Source of the DNA: Paraspadella gotoi
Taxonomy: Eukaryota; Animalia; Chaetognatha
NCBI GenBank assembly: GCA_051294375.1
Contig: CM119265.1
Coordinates: 19,147,642-19,211,641, forward strand
DNA length: 64,000 bases
Reading direction: 5' to 3'
Numbering within the stretch: the stretch's first letter is position 1; each line of letters starts with the position of its first letter. Made by a program: the position numbers and the translations under genes. This document shows positions 38,845-53,322 of this stretch, in pieces. The notes beneath the pieces are model-generated. The model searched no databases. It saw only the letters and a list, made by a program, of their open reading frames with translations, and was not told where the DNA came from.

Positions 38845-39363
38845 GAAAAACTGTGACGGGCGAAAGCGAGGACGCCGATCTCGGTTATGACGGGGAGGAG
38901 AAACTCGTGAACGCATTAGTCTAAATTTGGCGTCGATTTCGACGCCTTTCGACGCCGTTATCGCCGTAAACCGGCGTCGTCGTAATCGTCTTCGGCAAAG
39001 CGGCGTCATTCCATCGACGGAAAAAAATAAAATAATCCTGAAACGATTCGGGGTCATTTTGTGTCGATTTTCTTTGGTGGCCGTTCACCTTCGCGGTCAC
39101 TTCCGTCGTCACATTGTCCAATGTGAAATGTCTTTCTTCCAATCCGACCCTCCATTTTTTTTTAATTTGGCCGTATGTTCGTTTGTAGCTCCGTCGGGAC
39201 CGCCACCTATTGATCGATTGACGAACCTCTGGAGATAGGTGAAAGAAAGAGACAGTTCCACAAACTGAATTCGATCAAGCACCAATGAGCCCATGAGCGA
39301 TAAAATTCCATTTGTCGACGACACCGATTGTAAATGCCCTTAGTCGATCACCGATACTTGTAC

Positions 39364-39447
<84 letters not shown>

Positions 39448-39751
39448 TCTCGAACAACTGAGCTTTTTATGGAGTGACGGGCGCCTTAAGGGGACCACGG
39501 AGTTACTTAGGTGCCTCTATTCCGAGAATCGTAAGAGGTTTAATGTTATTGTTAACGACTATTGTAAATTAAGAGCGTCGCCCCTTTAATGCGGTTTATG
39601 GGGTCAGAGCTGAGGAAGAGAGGTAGGGTAAAAAGCCGTTGCTTGACCGAGTCGCGATGAAAACTATTTCGGGAAATGTTGCGGTTAGTTAACGATGTAC
39701 TGAATACGAAAACCATAGTGTTAATAATGATTAAAACAACAATTTTTGGAA

Positions 39752-39762
39752 TAGAGAGAGAG

Positions 39763-39834
<72 letters not shown>

Positions 39835-39867
39835 AGAGAAGAGAGAGAGAGAGAGAGAGGAGAGAGA
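39752..39867. repeat. Interrupted (GA)n microsatellite
   Basis: Single-base indel interruptions, like those at about 31530, 37330, 38190, 38750, 40140 and 61885, consistent with long-read fill. Confidence 0.93.
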
Positions 39868-40137
39868 CATGGAGATCATCAGCGCCTTCGACATCATCCC
39901 TCGTCGCCATCTCTCTCCTCAAAAGAGTCCATTTCCTCGATGTGACTTCTTTTTTTCCGTCGAAAAGGCATTTTGGGTCTTCGGTCCATTTTCTATTTCC
40001 ATTTTTGACGCCTATTTCCCCTTTTTTTTTTCCTTTCTTCGTTCCTTTTTTTCGGATCATTTTTCATATGTTGACATTACGGCGGAATATACAGTGACCA
40101 AAGAGGGAAAAAGCCGGGAGGAAGAAGGGAATGAAAG

Positions 40138-40197
<60 letters not shown>

Positions 40198-40228
40198 AGA
40201 GAGAGAGAGAAGATGAGAGAGAGAGGAC

Positions 40229-40283
<55 letters not shown>

Positions 40284-43200
40284 TTGTAAAAAATTTTGCA
40301 ATTTTAAGGTTGGGTGTTTTTACCTTACGCCGCTGCTGAGACTGTGCAAGTAGCGTGTTTAAAAAAGACTTCTCAAAATATTAATTGTAATTCTGCAAAT
40401 TATCCGGCGAACTATTTCCGGTCCCTCAAAATTTTTCCCAAATCGTTCGTCATTGTGCTCAAGCATTGGAAAACTCGCAAGCAATGTCCTCGGTCGCTGT
40501 CATCGTCGTCGTCTGTAATCAGATCTTTCGTCATCCACCTCTTTGATTTATATTTTCGAATTGAATTCCATTAAGCGTCCTCTCTTCTCCTTCTCTTCTC
40601 TCTCTCTCTTTCTCTCTCTCTACTCTCTCTCTCTCTCTCTCTCCTCGTCTCTCTCTCATCGTTCTCACTCCATTCCTCGCTCATTTCCGAAATGACCGCG
40701 AGACGGCGGAAAGGCCGATACGCCGAAAATTGGCGCGAACACTGACTGAACCAGACCAACGAGGGGAAACGAGCAACCGAAATGGCGTCCAATTTATTTA
40801 TTTTTTTTTTTACTAACCGCACCGACCCGTAAATCCCGCACTGCGATTGTCCAGTCAAACCGTTTATGCGCCGAAATACCCAAAAATCCATCAGCTGCTC
40901 TCTCTCTCTCTCTTCTCTTCTCTCTCTCTCTCTCATCTCTCTCTTCCGTCTCTCGTCTTCTCTCCTCTTCTCTCTCTTCTCTCTCTCTCTTCTCTCTCTC
41001 TCTCTTTTCGATCGTTGAAACTTAACTCTGAACAACCGCTCACCTCAAGAGTAAAGACATGGAGAACTCTGATCGACGGCTGCCAGGGGTTTCGCCAGTT
41101 TCGCACAAAATCTTCAGCCGCATTCCTGTCTTTAGTCACTTTCCTCTGCGTCATCTTTTGGGGTCAAAAGAATTTCCTCGTTGCCTAAGCAACATTTCGA
41201 CCATTTCAAGCGGAGGGGAGAGCAAGAGGACGCAGAAATATTCCGGTGACGGGGCGCAACATGACAAAAATTCCAAGTCCCGCGATTTCCTCGAGGTCAA
41301 CCGCATCTTCGTCGTCGTCGAAGTCAGTCGTCCAATTCTTCTATTAAGCACCGCGAGGGCGTCGCTTTTTCGACCACGCCCCACTTTTTTTCGAACATCG
41401 AGGAAGGGAATTTCCGCGAATCGAATTTAAGAGAGAGAGAAAGATTTTACGAATTAACCACAGTAGAGTTTTACGTGAATGTTTAACCACACAACATTTG
41501 TTGGAGTGAAGTCAGATAATACTCACTCCAGCCACACGTTTTTTTTAAAATTCTTTGCCGCTCAGTTCCATCTCAAATCACACCATAATCATTCTAAATG
41601 TTACACGCTTCTCTGGCAACTACGGTTGTCTTCTCAACTTTTACTTTTTTCTTTTCTTCTTCTTTTTCTTTCTCTCTCATTTCTTTCTCAATCTCACCGC
41701 TCGATCGGTCCACATTAGCACCCAATTCCCAATCTCTATATTCACCCTTCCCGCTCAGTTCCTTTCATCGCTCGAGTCCTTTCAACCCTCCCAATCCACC
41801 CTCTGTCATCCCCCACCCCTACTCCTATCATCTCCCTCGCCTATTCAGTGACTCGCGGATTATTATGACGGCCTTTTCTATTTCCATGCCCGTCGCTTTT
41901 CGCCTGGGGGGAGGCCTTTCGGCCGATTTGGAGAGAGAGAGAGAGAGTCAGAGAGAGAAGAGAGAGAGAAAGAGAGAGAGAGAAAGAGAGAGACGAGAGA
42001 GAGACGAGAGAGATTAGAGAGAGACATTGACTTTCCTTATTTATGGTCCTTCCTCCCACGATATAGAAGGAAATAGGAAAGGAAACAAAAGGAGAGTTAA
42101 ACCGGTAGCAGTGGGGAGAGAGAAGAAAGAGAATATAAGATGGGAAGTCAAAGGAAGAGGGACGAGGAAAGTAATCCCAGTGTGTGTTGAGAGATGTAAT
42201 GGAAACAAGATAGGAAACACAGGCGGGAATTTAAAATTACAATTTGACTAAAAAATTGAGAGAAAAGAGAAATGAAGTTAAATTCGTAAAGAAGGAAAAA
42301 GATTAAGAAGCGGACATAGTATGTCTAAATATTGAGTTTGTATTTGCTCTTCGACCAAAACAAACTTTTTTTTATAAAAAACACCAAAGCCAATAATTCA
42401 TACTGATAGCAATAGCCTATTAATACTTTTTATTATTATAAATGACCAAGTGAAAATTTTCTTCCTATTTCTCATAATGAAAAGTTAAAAAATGAAATGA
42501 CATTCTCAACCACCTCGCAGTCGCTCCCAAAATGATAAACATTTCTCAATCTGTGTGCGACGCGAGGACACTAGAGGGCGCGGTGGATGACTCAGGTGGC
42601 GTTCGAGTAGTTGGTGAGACCTCACGCCAAAGTGACATTGGCTCGCAGCCCCAAACAAGGCCCCTTCTCTCATTCTCCTACCATTCCCGCCCACCCCCTC
42701 TCACCCTCGCCGGCCACGAAAATAGCCATCGACGTTGTCGACGCCTGAGCAGCGTCCAAAATTACATTCTCAATTTCGAGTTTTCGCACTTTTTTTTCTT
42801 TTCTTTCCTCCTCGAATCCGGCGAAGAATAGAGAGGGAGATAAGAGAAGTTGGGAAAGAGAGGAAAGGGAGGAAGGCTGGTTGGAAAACATGAGATAGGA
42901 AATAAGGAAAGAAAGAAGATTTACTATTTAATCAATCTTCACTTTGGGCTAAGAGAAATTTAAAACTAAGGAGTTTGAAATATGAATAAAATGCTAAAAC
43001 TAACGAAAATTCTTATAATGTAATAACTCACTAATGACACACTTTAAAAGAATAAAACTCTTAGTCTCATGTCTTCTCCATTTCACGATATAAGTTATTG
43101 TCACCGTCTTCAACGCCATCCTCTTTTTTTGTCACAATGATCGTCGTCATCGTCGTTTCTCTTTACGTCATCGTCATCACGTGCAGCTTTTTCCGAAATG

Positions 43201-45190
43201 ATATAACGTTTTCATTAACGTTTTCGCCCGCGCTTTATGCTTCATCTCGCCCTTTAATTTGTTCTCTATTTTTTTCTAAGGTGGGGGGGGCGTCTTTTCT
43301 GTTATATTCTCTGCCTTACCCGTCGTTCTTCCTTCTCTCAGCTTATCCTCGTCGTCACTTCACCCAGCCGACTAAACTTTAATATTTTAGTTCGTTTTCA
43401 GCAAGATTTTCAGTTACTCTGTTCTCAATATCATTTCTCGGTCCCTCATCCCGGGCACTCGATCCGGTCACTCTTACCCCTAAATGCCCCTTAATAGTCC
43501 CCAAAGACCCCCCTAAAACTGACCCCGAAGACGCCGACTGGCCTCTAAACGTCACAAACCGTCCCTAACTGACCGTAGACGTCCCTCGCATCTTTACCTT
43601 CCGTTCCTGTCCAGAGTTGCGACTCCCGACCCTTGAACTCTCTTCTCCGAGGAATAGGCTTTCTTTCTTCGCTCAGTCGCTGGATTTGGCAAAATATTTC
43701 ATAGTATTAACTTTTTAGGCTTTTTTCTTTTCGTTATTTCTCTATTTTAAATTTAAGTTTACAATTTTTTTTTTAAAAAAATGCGAATATCCTCGCCCAA
43801 GTATATCTTTTTCCATCAACTTCCACACTTTTAATCTCGAAATCTGGTCGTTGTAGTTTTTCGTCTTTCTTCTTTGACTAAATCCAATTTCCTCTCCACT
43901 TCTAAGCCAATCTTCCTGAGATTCTTTTCTCCCCACCATCTCTCCATCTCCCTCCCACCCCCACCCAACATTCTTTCCCCCTTCACCCCGCCCACCCTCT
44001 TCCTCCTCTCCCTCTCTCCATTTTCCCCTCTCGATTTTTTCCGGTCACCTCTTAATCGGACGCGAGTCGACTGAGAATGTCGCCGCGCCGGAAGTCGCCG
44101 CGCGAGAGGCGAGGGAGGAGGGGGGAGGAGAAGGAGGGCGAGAGGGAGGAGGAGGGGAGGAAGGAGGGAGGGGGTGAACGAGGACGAAATCTCGGAGAGG
44201 AATTCATCTCTTGATATTGAATGGAAATACGATGCCTTTTTTTTTCATTTTTTTTCTTTTTCTTATTTTGATTCCTCACCTTTCTTTGACGACTTAGCCT
44301 ATTTCCTTTGTTGATATTGTTGTAATCTTATAATTATCAATTTTCAATATAATATGCACGGTGCGTGTATTTTTCATTTATGTACTATATATAATTCTAT
44401 ATATACCAAGTCGTTTTCATGAGCTTGCACATTGCACATTGCACAATGCGCGGAGTATAAATGCAATGTGCACAATCATGCAGCGTTTTTGTGAGAGAGA
44501 GAGAGAGACAAATGAGGACGAGAGAGAGAGGGAGAGAGAGATGACGGAGAGAGAGCCGAGAAGGAGGAGGAGGTGAGTGGGGAGGGAGGGAGAGAGAGGA
44601 GGAGAGAGATGGAGGAGAGAGAGGAGAGAGAGATTGAGAGAGAGGAGAGGAGAGAAAGTGGAAATACACGAGAGTCAGAAAGTGAAGTGCGTGGAGAGAA
44701 ACAAAGAAGATAGAAACAGAGAGAAAACGAGAACAGAGAAAGCGAGAGAGAGATAACGAGAGAGAGAGAGAGGGAGAGAGAGGTAGAGGTGAGAGAGGCG
44801 GGAGAGGATTGGAGGAGGAGAGAGAGGAGAGAGAGAGTGAGGAAGAGATGAGATGAGCGGATGAGAGAGAGAAGAGTAGTGCACTGGTGGGAGTGACGAT
44901 GAGAAGGATGAGAGAGATGAGGAGAGCATGGCTATACTCAGAAGCTCGTATCAGCGGCAGCGTTCTCGGGAGCGAGCCGCGCGCGGACCCCGATCGGCTT
45001 CTCCCTGACTTCGACTTATTCGCTCGGCTATCTTACTCCTCTTCCTCTTCTTCATCCCTATCTCCCGATCCGCGCGGTGCAAAAGTCGTCGATCGGAGAC
45101 TTGTAGCGGCGAACTTACTCTTTCTCTTCTCTTACGCTCTTTCACCACCGAGGCTTTTTCTCAGCCTCCGATGCGAATCTTCGATCATTG

Positions 45191-45679
45191 GAGTTCGCGC
45201 GTGATCCGGGAAGTCTCTTTATAAAAAATGTTTCTGATTTTTCTCTGCTCAATTTTTAAAACGCAACAAAACGAAAAGTCTTTTTATAATAAATTATTAT
45301 TATAAATTTTATTGTGTATATGTATTATTTTAAAAATTTATTTATTAGTGATTTTTTTTTGTTTTATTTATCTTTAACCTTTACTTAAGGGCCTTAATCC
45401 TAATTACTGAATTATTTTTTGCGTTCAATAATTTCATACTTCAATAAAATTAAAAAAGAAAAATTCACTAATAAATAAAAATTTTAAAAATAATCAAATA
45501 TACAAATAAAATTTATAATAATAATTAAATTATAAAAGTTTATAAAAAATATTAAATTATTATAAAAATTTTATATAATAATAATATTTATAAGTTTCTT
45601 CGATGTTGTGGTTTTAAAAATTGAGAGAGAAAACAAATATTTTTATAAAGGAGGGGCTCCCGGATCCGCTGCGAAGCTC
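45191..45679. repeat. About 490-bp AT-rich foldback (long imperfect inverted repeat), MITE-like or read artefact
   Basis: Left arm gagttcgcgcgtgatccgggaagtctctttataaaaaatg...ctcaatttttaaaacgcaaca pairs with right arm tgttgtggttttaaaaattgag...tttttataaaggaggggctcccggatccgctgcgaagctc. Inner tttattagtga pairs with tcactaataaa. Confidence 0.7.
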
Positions 45680-47580
45680 ATTAACCTTAACTTACTTTTA
45701 ACTATAAATATAACATAATCTTACCGTTAAAATATTAATATTATAACAATAATATCAAATATTTTTAAAATATGGATATCTGATTCCCTTAAATTTTTTC
45801 TTTTCATAAGAAATTATAATCCTTTTCCGTTCTCTTTCCTTTCCTTTTCTTTCCTATTAAATTTATTTAAGAAAAACTCTTGCTTTCATTTTCCCAACTC
45901 CAGGAATGCCAATAATATTTTTACTATCCCTTAAAACATTTAATTATTTTAATTCTTATTAATTTCATTGAATTACTGCCTACAATATCAAATTTTTTAA
46001 AAAAAAGTTTCTAGGCACAGTTTTTGTGGGAAAAGTTAGTTAGTTTCTATTCTGTTTGAGAGGCGCTTATACAGGTAGATGTTGGAGCCAGCTGAAACAA
46101 AAGCCCATACCAAAACAGTTAGGTTGGTCTGGAATCTGCTATTTTAGTCAGCCAGTTTTCATTTTTTAATCATTTTAAAATTGATTTATAACAAAAATTG
46201 TCAATTTGATTTTCTTTTTCTTCTATAAGAAAGAAATTGAAAAAAAAAATTACAGAAAAAAATATGGAAGTTCAAGAATTCTAATGAAAAAAAATAGTTT
46301 AACACAAATAGTGAATAGATAATGGGATTTTGTTTTTAATGCTGTTTCCATTAAAAATTAAATAATGTGCGTTCGGCTCGCCTTATTCTAAGATAGATTC
46401 TAAGATCATTCACCTATAATCATCATCACCATCATGAACTCGAGTTCATGAGGCTTGTCGGTGTTGTTCTTTTTGGATCACATAATATGAAACCAAGAAA
46501 ACGATAAGATAACAAAAACACATAACTTGAGGATTATATTTTTATTGTATATATATTTAAAAAGAAATTTATCATAGGTTTGAATATTGTTATTGAAAAA
46601 AATTTGTATGGTTTTAGCTTTATGTAATAACATAAAATGTGTAAGATTTAGAAATAAAAACGTGAGATAATGACAAAATGTTACATTTAGTGGAGAGAAA
46701 GAAAAGATAGGGAAGAAATAAATGAAGCCTGGAGGAAAGCAAGAGAAAAGTAAGAGTGAGAGAGGAGAAGAGATGCGAGGAGAGAGAGAGGAAGTGAGAG
46801 TGAGCAGGTGAGGGCGGAATGGGAGGAGAGAGAGAGAAGAAATCCGGGCCCGATCCGCTCGGATTTTTTCGCCGGAAGAAAGGCCCGACTCACCATCGAG
46901 AAGAAAAATCTCCCTGATCGAGCGGAAGAGCCCGGAAAGGAGAAGTGAGTCGGGTCGGCTAGCCGCTCCGGCCGCCGCTCCGGTCTTGACGGCTGCCGTA
47001 CGGAGGAGAGCTGATAAGGTTATATGACTTCAGAGGAGAGAGAAGGAGAGAGAAGGATAATTGATTCCCGTCGTTTCTTTTTGACCCTCTTACCTCTTCC
47101 CTTGAAAAAGAAACTGTTGGCGGTTGTTTTTCTCTGGTTCAAATTATTCATGACTCTGAAAATGATTGCGGTTATTCCGATGGATTGAGAGATAGAGGAG
47201 GAGAGAAAGAGAGAGGGAAGAGATAGAGAGAGATGATGTGAGAGAGAGAGAGATGGAGAGATGAGAGAGAGAGAGAGAGGAGAGGAGAGACGAGTATGAG
47301 AGAGAGAGGCTCGAAGCCGTTCCACCACCATGCCTCGAATTTAGAGCGTTAGAGCGAGTTTTTCCATTTAATCAATTCAAATGGAATCGGCAGTAACCAC
47401 TCCTTACGCCATAAGAGGCCGTGGCAAGTTCTTCGAGCGGTTCGCTACGCCGTGACAGGGTCGTCACGACTCTCGTGGCAGCGGCACTACGCCCTCTTCC
47501 GGTCTCCACCGTCTTCGATAGGCGCCAGTGAAAGGTCGAATCTTCAACGTGGCGCCCAAAGAAGACGTCGATATCCCACA

Positions 47581-49510
47581 CAGTTTTGTGAGGTTTATAT
47601 TATTTTCATTTTTTGATGCGGAACTTATACTCAGGTTGTTCGGTTTGTCTCGGTTTGGACAACGATTTGGTGAAAACTCAAAGATGCCGCTCGTGCAGCG
47701 TGTCGCGGTGAGAGAGGTGATAACACACGAAAATGCTCCCTTATTTTTTTTTTAAACGTCCCCTTTGCATCTCTTCACCTTGTTCTCGGAGAAAACGGCC
47801 TCAAATAGCCTCGAAACTCCGTAATCGACAAAACATTCTTTTGCCCCTCAACTTTTAATACCTTCAAACCTCACAAATCCGCCTGTTCTCTTCTCGAACT
47901 GGGACACGCCCGAAGACTCCCTTTCGACCCCGGAGGCCGTTACCACCGCCCTTACTTGCCGCGACCTCCGGGCCTCGTCGAGCGGCTCACGGCCGCTGGA
48001 TCTGTTCCTCGATCTCTTCCATCGATCCTGCGACTTGCCCGGCGACCCGCGCACCCCGACCCGCCACACGTGACTGGTTTCGGCCTCCAACTGCGGTTCG
48101 AGCCCCACCCGCTTCGTCAAACGGCCCGGCCTGCCTGGGCCCCACACGCCTCATCTTCGCAAAAAAAAATCGCCTTGGTTCGGATCCCCTCCACATCTGC
48201 CTCCATCCACCCCCCTACACACCAACCAACACTTTACCCCGCACGCCGTCCCCCTGCGACAGGCGCTGGCCTTCGGAAAAGGCACGCGCGTGGTGACCCG
48301 AATCGAAAGAGACTCATAGAAATAGGTTATATCTTATGGAAGAACTCGTTCTCCTGTGCTTCCTTGTTCCTCTCTTTTTTCTTTTCCTCTCTTCTTTTTC
48401 CTCTCTTTCCATTTCCTTTTCTTTTCCTCTTCTTTCCGTATCCTTCCTTTTGCTATCTTTCCTTTCCTCTTTTTTCTTTCCTTCTTCTTTTCTTTTCCTC
48501 TTCTTTTTCTTTTCCTCTTTTCTTTTCCTCGTCGTCCTCTTTTTCTTTTCCTTCTTCCTATCCTCTTCCTCTCTTCCTTTGTCCTCTCTTTCCTGTTTTC
48601 GCTCTTTTCTTTTTCGTCTTTTTTTTTCCTCTTCCTGTTCCAGGATTCATACGTTCCGTATTTGTGGTTGTTTTGTCTCGTCCGGACTGTTGCTACCCTT
48701 CCCAATTCTTTTTAACTTTTTCTTTAATTCTTCTAATGGCTTTATTATCGTTCTTTCTGAGCTTGTATTTATGCTACAGGGATGGTAGAGGGATTTTGTT
48801 TGATGAATGGTAAAGATATTTGGAAGGAGGTTGGTGGTATAGTCGGGCTTTTTTGAGATGGATCGCAGTTTTAATAGAAAAACAGGAATGGATATGGAAT
48901 GAAGTGAATGAGAGAATGAGGATAATGAGATGAGGATGATGTGTATGAATGAGAACAGTAGCTACCTCTAATTTTAATATTGGAAATGTTTGAAATTAAA
49001 GAAATGGTATAAGAAAATTAAGAATTAAAATAGAAAATTCTATAGCAAAGGAGAATTATTTCATGAGAAGACTGAGTGGAAAAGAAACTGGAAAAAGAAA
49101 GACCAAGAAAAGTAAGGATAATTAATAAGATCCAAAGAAAGAAAAGGAGACAGAAAGAAGACAACTAAAGAGAAAGGAAAGAGAAGAAAAAAATAATTCA
49201 AAAAATAAAAAAGAAGAAAGAACGATGAAATGAAAGAAAAGACGGGCTCTACAAGCAAGCTGGCATACTCGGCTCAATCTCCTTCTCTTCACACGTAATC
49301 GTCCATCGTCTGCTATCCTCGCTTTATAATCTGTTCACCGACGAACAGGTCGTGCTCCATCATGACTCCACCACGGCCCATACGCACGTCACGAGAGACA
49401 AATGCCACCTGCATCCATGTCGAATTGAGAGAGTCAAAAAAAAATTCCGATAGGATAATAAGAAAATAGATGCATGCAAGCGAGCCTGTCGATGCCGGTC
49501 GGATAGTTGA
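47581..49510 (-). repeat. Noisy inverted copy of about 50310-51723 (probable assembly artefact)
   Basis: Collinear reverse-complement matches, e.g. ccgaatcgaaagagactcataga (about 48298) vs tctatgagtctctttcgattcgg (about 51054), caacttttaatac (about 47849) vs gtattaaaagttg (about 51470), and gataataagaaaata (about 49454) vs tattttcttattatc (about 50328). Confidence 0.9.
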
Positions 49511-50210
49511 GCTTACTTAAGAGAATCAGTTTTAAGTTAGAAAAATTTCTGGTGCGAGAGACCTAGGAACTTTTAGGGTCTTACCTTTTAAAAAATATTT
49601 TTCTCTGAAATCTAGTTTTGACCGAGAAAAAAAAATGCCTGTCATAATTTGTCTCCTCTAACATATCTGTCGGTACCCTCAATTCCCCTGTTAACAAGTT
49701 TTTCCGATTATTTTTTAAATGGAACCCCGTCTTACCAGGATGTGCAACGAAAATGAGATATTTTCAGATTGTACCCAGTTCCAATCTCCCGAGATTTCTA
49801 GCATGAATTTAGGGTTGATAGATAACGAAGAGTGCCCTGGGCACTTAAAAGAGCAAATATAAGGCAAAAATCAAGTAGACTGTTAGAAAGATTATCAGAG
49901 AGATAGAGAAAGTGCCTATACTTAATTAGAAAAAATCAATTTTTTTTACCCAGGCAAGATTCAGTAACCACTTGCCTCCAGTTAATCAGGCAAAATATGT
50001 ACCTCAGTTCACCCCTTAACTGTAAACCTCTAGGCGTTAATTCGAAATGCGCTGACGTTAGTAACAATATATTCTTGGAAGAGACGAGTAATTATTGTTA
50101 ATATGTTTAGCTGACAGAACCGCTTCATATAAGCAGTCCCTGAGGAATGAGAGGCAGAGAGAGAAGAGAGATGAAGAGAGAGATGAAGGAGAGAGAATCT
50201 GTTACCGTTC

Positions 50211-50235
50211 NNNNNNNNNNNNNNNNNNNNNNNNN
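50211..50235. other. Exact 25-N gap (gap-filler placeholder)
   Basis: 25 Ns counted; terminates the second noisy block. Confidence 0.9.
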
Positions 50236-51947
50236 CTCTCTCTTTCGTCATCGGGGGTCAGAAAGCACGCGGTCGAGCGTGCGTGGAGAGCGTAGACCGT
50301 CGGCGTCACAACTTCCGACCGCTCGCTTATTTTCTTATTATCTATGGATTTTTTTATTNNNNNNNNNNNNNNNNNNNNNNNNNNNNNNNNNNNNNNNNNN
50401 NNNNNNNNNNNNNNNNNNNNNNNNNNNNNNNNNNNNNNNNNNNNNNNNNNNNNNNNNNNNNNNNNNNNTCATTCATTCATTCATTCATTCATTCATTCAT
50501 TCATTCTGTTTTTTATTAAATAGGATTATTTCAAAAAGCGATATAACAAAACTTCAAAATTATATATAAAAAAATCTACATGTACATAATAAAAAGAAAT
50601 AACCATAAAAAAGAAAATAAAGGGGGCAATGGAGAAAAAAAATAGGAAACGGACAGAGAGGAAAAGAAAAGAGGAAAAGAAAAGAGGAAAAGAANNNNNN
50701 NNNNNNNNNNNNNNNNNNNNNNNNNNNNNNNNNNNNNNNNNNNNNNNNNNNNNNNNNNNNNNNNNNNNNNNNNNNNNNNNNNNNNNNNNNNNNNNNNNNN
50801 NNNNNNNNNNNNNNNNNNNNNNNNNNNNNNNNNNNNNNNNNNNNNNNNNNNNNNNNNNNNNNNNNNNNNNNNNNNNNNNNNNNNNNNNNNNNNNNNNNNN
50901 NNNNNNNNNNNNNNNNNNNNNNNNNNNNNNNNNNNNNNNNNNNNNNNNNNNNNNNNNNNNNNNNNNNNNNNNNNNNNNNNNNNNNNNNNNNNNNNNNNNN
51001 NNNNNNNNNNNNNNNNNNNNNNNNNNNNNNNNNNNNNNNNTCTCATAACGTATTCTATGAGTCTCTTTCGATTCGGAATCACGTCGCGTGGCCTTTTCCG
51101 AGGCCAGCGCTGAGGGGAGGGTGGGGTAGTGTTTTGTGTGTGGGGGTGGATGGAGGCTCTGTGTGGAGGGGATCGACCGGCGATTTCTTTTTTCGAAGAT
51201 GAGGGCGTGTGGGGCCCGCCGGCCGTTTGACGACGGGGTGGGGCTCGAAGCGTNNNNNNNNNNNNNNNNNNNNNNNNNNNNNNNNNNNNNNNNNNNNNNN
51301 NNNNNNNNNNNNNNNNNNNNNNNNNNNNNNNNNNNNNNNNNNNNNNNNNNNNNNNNNNNNNNNNNNNNNNNNNNNNNNNNNNNNNNNNNNNNNNNNNNNN
51401 NNNNNNNNNNNNNGGGTGAAAGGGGAGTGGGGTGTCAGTTCGAGAGAGAAAGGGATTTGTGAGGTTGAAGTATTAAAAGTTGAGGGGCAAAGATGTTTTG
51501 TCGTTGGAGTTTCGAGGCTTTGAGGCCGTTTCTCGGAACAAGGTGAAGAGATCAAAGGACGTTTAAAAAAAATAAGGACATTTTTCGTGGGATCAACTTC
51601 ATAACTCCCGACCCTGCAGAAGGCGGCATCATTTGAGTTTCATCGTTTGTCAAACCGAGACAAACGACAACGAGTATAAGTTCGCTCAAAAAATGAAAAT
51701 AAATAAACCTCACCAAAAACTGCGTCAGATTCGATTCATGTCTGATATTATCATTTTTTCCTTTCCTTTTTTTTTTCTTCGTTTCTCTTCTGCCGCCGAA
51801 TCAGCAGAAAAACAAATGACGCCGAAAGAAGAATATGGCCGAATTAATAATAAAAAAAAAGGATGATGCCAACCTCGGAATTATTATCATCGTCGTCGTC
51901 ATCATCCTCATCTCCCAAAAAAATTCGGAACGCCCCCTCATCGAAGT

Positions 51948-51948
51948 G

Positions 51949-52013
<65 letters not shown>

Positions 52014-52027
52014 CGTCGTCGTCGTCG
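51948..52027. repeat. (GTC)n microsatellite
   Basis: Direct reading. Confidence 0.96.
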
Positions 52028-53322
52028 GCGTAACTGCCCATCGTCGTTGTAATATTTCTTTTTCATTTCATCGTCGTCATTATCGTCGTCGTCGTCGTCG
52101 TCGTCGACACATAAGGAATTGGACGCAATCTGACGTGGAACTGACCCGCTTTCGTTCCAACTGCCGCTGATGAAGCTAATTGAGGGAAATTGGGATGAGG
52201 AGGAGGAGGAGGAGGAGGAGGAGGAGGAGGGAAAAGGGGCGGTAAAGGGGGCGTGATCTAATTCGACTTCGTCGGGAAAAAAAAAGATTATCGACGCGAA
52301 ATTCGTCGAAAAAAAAGCGTTTAGTCTTTAGACTACAGCAGTACAGCACCATGTCGCATGGAGCAGTGAGTCTTAAAATTTTATAACAGATAAAAATCGC
52401 CTGAGAATGTCAGGCTTTAGTTATAATGTTATTTACTTCAGTTCGATTCCTTTTTAACGGTTTCTCCATTTTTGTGTACTTTATAAGGAGGAATTAAAAG
52501 AAAGGAGAATGAAGAAAAACGGAAACGTAAAAAGGAGGCAAAAAAGAAAAGAGAAGAAAAAAGGAGAAAGAAAGAAAAAAAGAAAAGAGGAGAAAAAAGG
52601 AGGAAGAAAGAAAACGGAGAAACGCGTCTCTATAGAGAATCGAAGAGGCGAAAGAAACGAATGACCCTCGCTAACGTGGCTGACGCGAGCGAGAGCGAGA
52701 GCNNNNNNNNNNNNNNNNNNNNNNNNNNNNNNNNNNNNNNNNNNNNNNNNNNNNNNNNNNNNNNNNNNNNNNNNNNNNNNNNNNNNNNNNNNNNNNNNNN
52801 NNNNNNNNNNNNNNNNNNNNNNNNNNNNNNNNNNNNNNNNNNNNNNNNNNNNNNNNNNNNNNNNNNNNNNNNNNNNNNNNNNNNNNNNGAGAGAGAGAGA
52901 GAGACCTTTTTCCCCTGCGAAACCTGACCCTAGTCGGCTCTTTGGTGACTCGACGTCTCTGTTCTCTTTCCGAAAAAGATTCTTTTTATCCGCGAATCCA
53001 GACATTCATCTATCCACGTTCCTCAATGTCCCCATGCCTTTAGACATTCAACCCAACCATCTATCCATGCCTTNNNNNNNNNNNNNNNNNNNNNNNNNNN
53101 NNNNNNNNNNNNNNNNNNNNNNNNNNNNNNNNNNNNNNNNNNNNNNNNNNNNNNNNNNNNNNNNNNNNNNNNNNNNNNNNNNNNNNNNNNNNNNNNNNNN
53201 NNNNNNNNNNNNNNNNNNNNNNNNNNNNNNNNNNNNNNNNNNNNNNNNNNNNNNNNNNNNNNNNNNNNNNNNNNNNNNNNNNNNNNNNNNNNNNNNNNNN
53301 NNNNNNNNNNNNNNNNNNNNNN

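Noticed and set aside
47956-48813. 285-aa Phe/Leu/Ser-rich ORF resembling a membrane protein
   Set aside because: Translation of a TC-rich low-complexity tract inside the noisy inverted copy.
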